A stretch of 13,409 bases of DNA from Thermoplasmatota archaeon. Lineage in GTDB: Archaea > Thermoplasmatota > E2 > DHVEG-1 > B18-G2. The stretch is from positions 1 to 13,409 of the forward strand of contig JAPDJO010000037.1 in NCBI GenBank assembly GCA_029259115.1, in the 5' to 3' direction. The position numbers were made by a program, and so were the translations under genes. The notes beneath the pieces were generated by a model. That model saw nothing but the letters and a program-made list of their open reading frames with translations, searched no databases and was not told the DNA's origin. Shown piece by piece: positions 7,011 through 13,409 of this stretch; position 1 is the first letter of the stretch; each line of letters opens with the position of its first letter.

Positions 7011-8999
7011 TTATAGGTGCAAAGAGGCGAATAGAGGCAAGAACACGAGCGAGACTATTGACATGAGTTTTATCAGTATATTCAGAGAGGGTCCAGATGT
7101 GTCTTTGCATGGATCTCCAACAGTATCTCCTATAACTGCAGCTTTGTGGGCATCGCTTCCCTTTCCTCCAAGGTGACCTTCTTCGATATACTTCTTTGCG
7201 TTGTCCCATGCTCCTCCAGCATTGGCTAAGAATATGGCTAAAAGAAATCCTGTGGCTGTTGCCCCTGCAAGTAGTCCTATTAGAGCTTCTATCCTCCATA
7301 TACCAACAATTACTGGAACTATGACCGCAAGGAGTGATGGAAGAACCATCTCTCTTAATGCCCCTCTTGTTGCAATCCTTATACAACTCTCATAGTCTGG
7401 CTTTCCTTTACCCTCAAGGATTTTAAGTTCCCTAAATTGTCTCCTTACTTCGTTTACCATTCTCTCAGCAGTTCTCCCAACAGCACCAAGGGTTAGTGCC
7501 GAGAATATGAAGGGTAGCATTGCTCCTATGAATAAACCTGCAACTAGGTATGGATTTGTCAATGCTATATCTGCTCTGAGATTAAGCTGATTTACTTTAC
7601 TTACAAATGTAAATATCAACGCAAGAGCTGTTATGGCTGCAGAGCCTATTGCAAATCCTTTACCCATAGCAGCAGTTGTATTTCCAACCGCATCTAACTC
7701 TTCTGTTCTCCTCCTTATTTCTTCACCGAGATCAGCCATCTCAGATATGCCTGCCGCGTTGTCTGCTACTGGTCCATAACAGTCAGTAGCTAGTGACATT
7801 CCTAGGGTTGAGAGCATACCTACAGCAGCTAGAGCTACACCATAGAAGTTTGCAAACTCATAAGCTATAACCATAGCTACAGCTGTTGAGATTATGGGTA
7901 TCAAAGTACTAAACATACCTACCGACATCCCTTCCAAGATGTTTGTTGCCGCTCCAGTTTGAGACGCCTCTGCTATTATTCTTGCTGGCCTTCTCTGATG
8001 AGATGTGAAGTATTCAGTGGACAGACCTATTATTATTCCATCTACAAGTCCAGCGAGTATCGCGTAGTATGGACTCATATCTTTGAGTAACCAGTAAGTT
8101 AGCAGAGCGGATAAGATTGCAAATATGATCGCTGAGCCAAAGAGACCATTTCTTAAAGCTGTGTATGGGTTTTTTGCCTTTACAAAGATCATTGCAGCTA
8201 TAGATGAGACAATACCTAAAGCAGCGATAAGTAGAGGATAGACATGACCGTAAGAAAATGATAGGATTATACCAAGACTCATTCCAGAGATGATAGAGTC
8301 TACATAGCTCTCAAAAAGATCTGCACCCATTCCAGCAACATCTCCAACATTATCTCCAACATTATCAGCTATCACGGCAGGATTTCTTGGATCATCCTCA
8401 GGTATACCAGCCTCTACTTTGCCAACGAGATCTGCACCTACATCTGCAGATTTTGTATATATTCCTCCTCCAACTCTCGCAAACAACGCGATACTACTAG
8501 CACCAAATCCAAAGCCAAATAGTATATTTGCTGAATCTATACCATATATGAGATAGAATATGCTTAGACCAACTATACCTAAACCAACTACCGATAAACC
8601 CATGACAGCTCCAGATGAGAATGCTATGGTTAAACCCTTTTGTATACCTTCCTTGCTTGCTTCAGCTGCCCTTGCATTTGCTGTGGTTGCTATTCTCATC
8701 CCTATATTTCCAGCTAGAGCAGAAAACAGAGCACCAACCAGGAATGCGATGCTGGTTTGCCAGGGTATGTCAGTAAATCTACTCAGAATGAGGAGAAGAA
8801 CAGCTACAACTATAACAAATACTGAGATGATTTTATATTCCTCATTTAGAAAAGTTAGAGCGCCCTTGTAGATATAACTCGAAATCTCTTTCATCTTCTC
8901 TGTACCGGCTGGCTTTTTCTTTACATAATATGCTAAAAGAGATGCTGATATCAGCGCCACGATTCCACTTAAAAGAGGAAATACGTCTATGATCTCCAT
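7011..8999 (-). CDS. hppA: Membrane-bound K+-dependent pyrophosphatase, probably Na+-translocating
   Basis: [79 protein letters not shown] (Ala marks K+ dependence), [12 protein letters not shown] and [16 protein letters not shown] motifs; SD GGTGGTGA. Confidence 0.97.
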   Translation of the reverse strand: MEIIDVFPLLSGIVALISASLLAYYVKKKPAGTEKMKEISSYIYKGALTFLNEEYKIISVFVIVVAVLLLILSRFTDIPWQTSIAFLVGALFSALAGNIGMRIATTANARAAEASKEGIQKGLTIAFSSGAVMGLSVVGLGIVGLSIFYLIYGIDSANILFGFGFGASSIALFARVGGGIYTKSADVGADLVGKVEAGIPEDDPRNPAVIADNVGDNVGDVAGMGADLFESYVDSIISGMSLGIILSFSYGHVYPLLIAALGIVSSIAAMIFVKAKNPYTALRNGLFGSAIIFAILSALLTYWLLKDMSPYYAILAGLVDGIIIGLSTEYFTSHQRRPARIIAEASQTGAATNILEGMSVGMFSTLIPIISTAVAMVIAYEFANFYGVALAAVGMLSTLGMSLATDCYGPVADNAAGISEMADLGEEIRRRTEELDAVGNTTAAMGKGFAIGSAAITALALIFTFVSKVNQLNLRADIALTNPYLVAGLFIGAMLPFIFSALTLGAVGRTAERMVNEVRRQFRELKILEGKGKPDYESCIRIATRGALREMVLPSLLAVIVPVIVGIWRIEALIGLLAGATATGFLLAIFLANAGGAWDNAKKYIEEGHLGGKGSDAHKAAVIGDTVGDPCKDTSGPSLNILIKLMSIVSLVFLPLFASLHL

Positions 9000-9028
9000 C
9001 TCACCACCGCTTAGGGAATCTTGGGCTG

Positions 9029-9045
9029 ATTATTTAACCATTACG
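9029..9045 (-). promoter_or_regulatory. Putative hppA promoter
   Basis: Minus strand CGTAATGG-TTAAATAA about 30-38 nt upstream of the ATG at 8999. Confidence 0.4.
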
Positions 9046-9054
9046 AAAATACCA

Positions 9055-9270
9055 TCATCCCTGAAGGGATGCGATCGATAAACAAAATAGGCCTATGCCT
9101 AAGAGAATAGCTGCAACCTCTGTGGATGCAAACTTCATAGCAACTGGTACAACGCTTGCTATGCTTAGTCTCAATGCAATAGACTTCAACACCAACTCGT
9201 TGATATTCACAAACACTCCTCCAATAGTTGCAAGCATCAGCATAACCAAACCTTTATTTACCAATTCCAT
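9055..9270 (-). CDS. Small hydrophobic hypothetical protein, 71 aa with 2-3 possible TM helices
   Basis: Fills the gap between hppA and the por operon, has ATG preceded by AAAGAGGT, and is almost entirely hydrophobic. No family recognised. Confidence 0.5.
   Translation of the reverse strand: MELVNKGLVMLMLATIGGVFVNINELVLKSIALRLSIASVVPVAMKFASTEVAAILLGIGLFCLSIASLQG
9245..9260 (+). promoter_or_regulatory. Putative por operon promoter
   Basis: TTTATTTA at 9253-9260 preceded by AACCAAACC, about 40 nt upstream of ATG 9300; SD AGGAG at 9287-9291. Confidence 0.4.
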
Positions 9271-9299
9271 ATACCTCTTTGTTCGCAGGAGTTGTTACC

Positions 9300-9866
9300 A
9301 TGTATGAAGTTAGATTCCATGGGAGAGGTGGCCAGGGAGCTGTTACAGCAGCAAATATATTGGCAATCGCTGCCTTTAAGGCAGGTAAATATACACAATC
9401 GTTTCCGTTTTTTGGTGTAGAAAGAAGAGGCGCACCTGTAATGGCTTTTACGAGAATGGATGACAAACCAGTGAGAATCAAGACACAGGTCTATGAGCCG
9501 GATGCGGTTGTTGTCCTTGATCCTTCCCTGCTTGAGGCTGTCGATATAACAAGTGGACTGAAAGAAGGAGGAGTCATCATAATCAACTCAAAGAAAAAGC
9601 CAGAGGAGTTCGATTTCAAGAATCCAGTAGCAACAGTTGATGCCACTTCCATAGCGATAAGCCATGGTCTTGGAACAAAAACCGCTCCAATAGTAAATAC
9701 ATCCATACTTGGAGCATATGCTAAGGCGATGGAAGTGACAAAGACGGAGGGAATGGTTCCAATAGAGCATGTACTCAAGGCAGTTGAAGAGAAAGCACCG
9801 GTGAAATCAAAGGAGAATGTGGAAGCAACAAGAGAAGCGTATGAAAAGACAGAGGTGAAAGCATGA
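9300..9866 (+). CDS. porC: Pyruvate/2-oxoacid:ferredoxin oxidoreductase gamma subunit
   Basis: [45 protein letters not shown] and PIVNT.ILGA motifs; ATG 9300 after AGGAG. Confidence 0.94.
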   Translation: MYEVRFHGRGGQGAVTAANILAIAAFKAGKYTQSFPFFGVERRGAPVMAFTRMDDKPVRIKTQVYEPDAVVVLDPSLLEAVDITSGLKEGGVIIINSKKKPEEFDFKNPVATVDATSIAISHGLGTKTAPIVNTSILGAYAKAMEVTKTEGMVPIEHVLKAVEEKAPVKSKENVEATREAYEKTEVKA

Positions 9867-10129
9867 AGATAGAGATAGGTGGTGTGATCAAGAAACCGGG
9901 CTCAAGTATTGAATACAAGACCGGGGGCTGGAGAACATTCAAGCCAGTTATTGACCCAAATAAATGTATAAGTTGCTGGATATGTGTTGGCTTCTGTCCA
10001 GACGCTGCAATCGAGAAGACAGAGAGGGGGAAACCACCAATTGTTGACTATGATTACTGTAAGGGTTGTGGAATATGTGCAAACGAATGCCCGAAAAATG
10101 CAATAGAAATGGTTCTGGAGGAGAAGTAG
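9863..10129 (+). CDS. porD: Pyruvate/2-oxoacid:ferredoxin oxidoreductase delta subunit, 2x[4Fe-4S]
   Basis: [22 protein letters not shown] and [16 protein letters not shown] motifs; ATGA overlap with the gamma gene. Confidence 0.95.
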   Translation: MKIEIGGVIKKPGSSIEYKTGGWRTFKPVIDPNKCISCWICVGFCPDAAIEKTERGKPPIVDYDYCKGCGICANECPKNAIEMVLEEK

Positions 10130-10130
10130 T

Positions 10131-11315
10131 ATGAAGGTGATATTGAAGGGTAATGAGGCTGCCGCCCTCGCTGCAAAGCTAGCAAAGCCTGATGTGGTTG
10201 CGGCATACCCGATAACTCCCTCAACTGACTTTCCAGAAAAGATGTCGGAATTTGTTGCGAACGGAGAACTGCCTCATACTCAGTTTTTACCGGTGGAGAG
10301 TGAACACTCTGCCATGAGCGCCTGCGTGGGCGCTGCTGCGGCGGGCGCAAGGGTATGTACAGCGACATCATCTCAGGGCTTAGAACTCATGCACGAGATT
10401 CTCTTCATAGCGAGTGGAATGAGATTACCTATAGTTCTATACAACGCAAACAGAGCATTATCTGCGCCTATAAACATATGGTGCGATCATCAGGATTCCA
10501 TATCAGCAAGGGATACCGGATGGATACAGTTCTATGCGGAAAACAACCAGGAGATCTTTGATCTCATGCTGATAGCATTTAGAGTCGCTGAGGACAAGAG
10601 GGTTCTTCTTCCAGCAATGGCATGCATAGATGCTTTCGTTTGCACTCATACATTTGAGCCAGTTGATGTTCCCTCTCAGGAAGAGATCGACGATTTTCTC
10701 CCACCATACAAACCGGAGCATGTGAAACTCGACCCAGAAGACCCATGGACACTCGGACCCTTTGGAGTTCCAGAGTACTATCAGGAGATGAGATATGCTC
10801 AGCATCTTGCTATGAAGAACGCTGAGAAGGTGATCGATGAGGTATTTCAGGATTTCGAGAAGAGATTTGGTAGAAAATACCAGAAGGTCACGCCTTACAG
10901 GACGGAGGATGCGGATATAATATTCATTACCATAGGTTCGATAAGCGGAACAGCTAAGGAATTTGTTGACAAGGTTAGAGAGGAGGGAAAGAAAGTAGGT
11001 GTGATAAAGATAACGGTCCTCAGACCATTCCCATTCAAAGAGATTCTACCGTTGATAAAGAACGCCAAGATCGTGGCTACGCTGGAGAGGAATATCTCCA
11101 TGGGATACGGCGGCGCCGTCTATGCTGACCTATCTGGAGCGCTGATAAACGAAGAGAAAAAACCTGTACTGATAGATTTCATTCTCGGTCTTGGAGGCAG
11201 GGATGTGACATTCAAAGATTTTGAAGAGATTCTCGGCATCTGCGAAAAGGTGATGGCGGGAGAGAAGGTGGAGAGACCCGTATGGATAGGTGTTAAGAAG
11301 GAGTTGATAGAATGA
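10131..11315 (+). CDS. porA: Pyruvate/2-oxoacid:ferredoxin oxidoreductase alpha subunit
   Basis: [60 protein letters not shown] and GLGGRD motifs. Confidence 0.95.
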   Translation: MKVILKGNEAAALAAKLAKPDVVAAYPITPSTDFPEKMSEFVANGELPHTQFLPVESEHSAMSACVGAAAAGARVCTATSSQGLELMHEILFIASGMRLPIVLYNANRALSAPINIWCDHQDSISARDTGWIQFYAENNQEIFDLMLIAFRVAEDKRVLLPAMACIDAFVCTHTFEPVDVPSQEEIDDFLPPYKPEHVKLDPEDPWTLGPFGVPEYYQEMRYAQHLAMKNAEKVIDEVFQDFEKRFGRKYQKVTPYRTEDADIIFITIGSISGTAKEFVDKVREEGKKVGVIKITVLRPFPFKEILPLIKNAKIVATLERNISMGYGGAVYADLSGALINEEKKPVLIDFILGLGGRDVTFKDFEEILGICEKVMAGEKVERPVWIGVKKELIE

Positions 11316-12226
11316 ATAAGGAATCTCTCCTTGCTCCAGGTCATAGGGCATGTGCCGGATGTGGACCGGCAATAGCAATAAGACAACTTCTCGAAGCTGC
11401 CGGCAGGAATACAATAATCGTCGAGGCAACCGGCTGTATGGAGGTTACAACCACGCCTTACCCTCAAACAGCATGGAAGGTTCCATGGTTACATGTTGCT
11501 TTCGAGAATGCTGCTGCAGCAGCAAGCGGGGTGGAAGCAGCATACAAAGCAATGATATCCAAAGGACTCATCCCAAAGGACAAAATGCCCAATATTATAG
11601 CACTTGGTGGAGATGGAGGTACATTTGATATAGGTATTCAGGCTCTCTCTGGCATGCTTGAGAGAGGACACAAAGTTCTTTACGTGTGCTATGACAATGA
11701 AGCATATATGAACACTGGTATACAGAGGTCATCTGCAACACCTTTTGGTGCTGCAACGACAACATCTCCTGCCGGAAAGGTTATACCTGGAAAGATGACC
11801 AGGAAAAAACCAATAGCGATGATTGCAGCAGCTCATGACATCCCCTATGTTGCAACAGCAAGCATTGCGTATCCTGCAGACTTCAAGAACAAAGTGAAGA
11901 AAGCGCTGAGTGTTGATGGTCCATCATTTATACATGTCTTTGCACCCTGTCCAACCGGATGGAGATTCGGAACAGAGCAAACTGTAGAGCTTGCAAGATT
12001 GGCTGTGGAGACAGGTGTATTTGTGCTATATGAGATAACTCAGGAGAGTCCGCTGAAACCGATCATCACAAAGTAACTGAAGGATAGAAAACCCGTTGAG
12101 GAGTATCTAAAAATCCAGGGAAGATTCAGGCATCTCTTCAAGCCCGTAAAAAGACAGGACATTATAGACAAGATACAGGAAGAGGTTGACAGGAAGTGCA
12201 AACTCTTTGGGGTTGACGAGGAGTAA
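11312..12226 (+). CDS. porB: Pyruvate/2-oxoacid:ferredoxin oxidoreductase beta subunit, interrupted by an in-frame TAA at 12074-12076 (254 aa as read, 304 aa if read through)
   Basis: [33 protein letters not shown] (TPP binding), [14 protein letters not shown] and APCPTGW motifs. After the TAA the same frame continues [21 protein letters not shown]...EE* to 12226, the usual PorB C-terminus. Confidence 0.92.
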
Positions 12227-12237
12227 ACAGTTATTAA

Positions 12238-12255
12238 CCCCCTTTCTTTTTCTTA
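12238..12255 (+). terminator. Putative oligo-T terminator of the por operon
   Basis: CCCCCTTTCTTTTTCTT tract about 12 nt after the TAA at 12224-12226. Confidence 0.45.
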
Positions 12256-12267
12256 TACGAGGGTGGG

Positions 12268-13409
12268 ATGCAAATAATAGAGAAAGCCAGGGAAATAGTT
12301 GAGTTTATAAAAAAACACGATGATGTCCATATTGTAACCCATCTGGATGCTGACGGAATCTGTGCCGGCGCCATCGCCGCCAGAACCCTTGAAAGACTCG
12401 GAAAGGATTTTGATATAAGTTTTGTCAAGCAGGTTGATGAAGCGAGTATTGAAAATGTTTTGAATAAGAACCCAGATGTTATATGGTTCACTGACCTGGG
12501 TATAAACATTGACGTAGATTTTGAGAATATTGTTATAACAGACCATCACACCACGGTTAGACATTACCGATACTCTCTAAACCCTAATGATTTTGGCTTA
12601 GATGGATGCGTTGCCTTATCAGGCGCAGGTGCTACGTATATTGTATCAAAAAGCATGGATGCGAGGAATAAGGATCTCTCCCATCTTGCTGTAATTGGTG
12701 CCTGCGGTGACCTTCAGGATAGAAGAGAGAGACAACTGGTTGGACTAAACAGAGAAATTTTAAACGATGCTATCTCGGCAGGTCTAATCAATGTAACCAA
12801 AGATATACAGTATTTTGGAAGAGAAAGCAAACCAATTTTTCGATTGTTGCTGTATGCAGATGACCCGGTTATACCTGGAGTCAGTGGCTCAGAAGAGGCT
12901 TGTATCTCGTTCCTCATGAACCTCGGATTTAGCAGGAGGGAGATTTACAGGAAATGGGTTGAACTCAGCAAAGGGGAGAAGAGAAAAATCCTTTCAGAGA
13001 TTGCAAGGAGACTACTTGATAAGGGATTTGGTTCAAAATCCATCAGGAGATTGATAGGAGAGGTTTATCTTCTTAATAATGAAAAAGAGGGAACAGAGCT
13101 TCATGACACCAGAGAGTTTGCAACCCTTTTGAATTCTACCGCCAGATATGGTAGACCTGATATAGCTCTGAAACTGTGTCTGGGTGAGAAGGAAAACAGC
13201 TTCAAAGAGGCCAGAAAGTTTCTGAACAATCACAGACAAACTCTTTCAACCGGTCTTCAGCTTGCCAGAGCCAAACTCGAGAAGAGAAAAACCCTCAACT
13301 ACTTTCATGTTGGAAGCAGGGTCAGGGATACTGTTGTGGGAAGTATAACTTCCATACTGTCAAAGGAATTTTCATCTCTACCCCTTATCGGATTCGCAGA
13401 TGGAGAAAA
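12268..13409 (+). CDS. DHH-family phosphoesterase, archaeal RecJ/GAN (Cdc45-like) type; 3' partial, missing from the ORF track
   Basis: ATG 12268 after GAGGGTGGG. MQIIEKAREIVEFIKKHDDVHIVTHLDADGICAG (DxDG), FTDLG, ITDHH, LNP.DFG.DG..LSGAG, LAVIGACGDLQ, YFGRESKPI and REFATLLNSTARYG motifs. The frame stays open to the edge. Confidence 0.9.
   Translation, partial: MQIIEKAREIVEFIKKHDDVHIVTHLDADGICAGAIAARTLERLGKDFDISFVKQVDEASIENVLNKNPDVIWFTDLGINIDVDFENIVITDHHTTVRHYRYSLNPNDFGLDGCVALSGAGATYIVSKSMDARNKDLSHLAVIGACGDLQDRRERQLVGLNREILNDAISAGLINVTKDIQYFGRESKPIFRLLLYADDPVIPGVSGSEEACISFLMNLGFSRREIYRKWVELSKGEKRKILSEIARRLLDKGFGSKSIRRLIGEVYLLNNEKEGTELHDTREFATLLNSTARYGRPDIALKLCLGEKENSFKEARKFLNNHRQTLSTGLQLARAKLEKRKTLNYFHVGSRVRDTVVGSITSILSKEFSSLPLIGFADGE

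Noticed and set aside
9095-9481. ORFs 9095-9307 (+) and 9254-9481 (-)
   Set aside because: The first is antisense to the small hydrophobic ORF and has no clear SD; the second is antisense to the conserved por gamma gene.
12074-12076. Selenocysteine, pyrrolysine or genetic-code reassignment at the porB internal stop
   Set aside because: The codon is TAA, not TGA or TAG. TAA ends rps27ae, rps24e, hppA and the porB tail normally, and the position is not a catalytic Cys site.
6299-13239. Remaining alternative-frame and antisense ORFs inside the lipoprotein, hppA, por and DHH genes
   Set aside because: All overlap genes with stronger evidence and show no independent coding signal.

Overview
Archaeal chromosomal DNA, probably Thermoplasmatota (inferred from gene content and order). 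The left end (1-3954) holds a ~1200-aa secreted, C-terminally anchored protein with three CWB2-like cell-wall-binding repeats, PPC-like inserts and a probable gingipain-like (C25) His/Cys peptidase domain. Its promoter and 5' coding region recur almost exactly (233/236 nt) at 1-236, where a tandem paralog starts and runs out of the window. This block lies just downstream of tRNA-Arg(CCG). Next come the conserved rpoE1-rpoE2(spt4)-DUF359-rps24e-rps27ae operon (minus), an uncharacterised lipoprotein, a K+-dependent membrane pyrophosphatase (hppA) and a small hydrophobic ORF. A gamma-delta-alpha-beta pyruvate/2-oxoacid:ferredoxin oxidoreductase operon follows, and its beta gene has an in-frame TAA 49 codons before the natural end. 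A RecJ/GAN-like DHH gene runs off the right edge. I saw no CRISPR array, transposase, integrase or reverse transcriptase. All family calls come from motif recognition by eye, not database searches.
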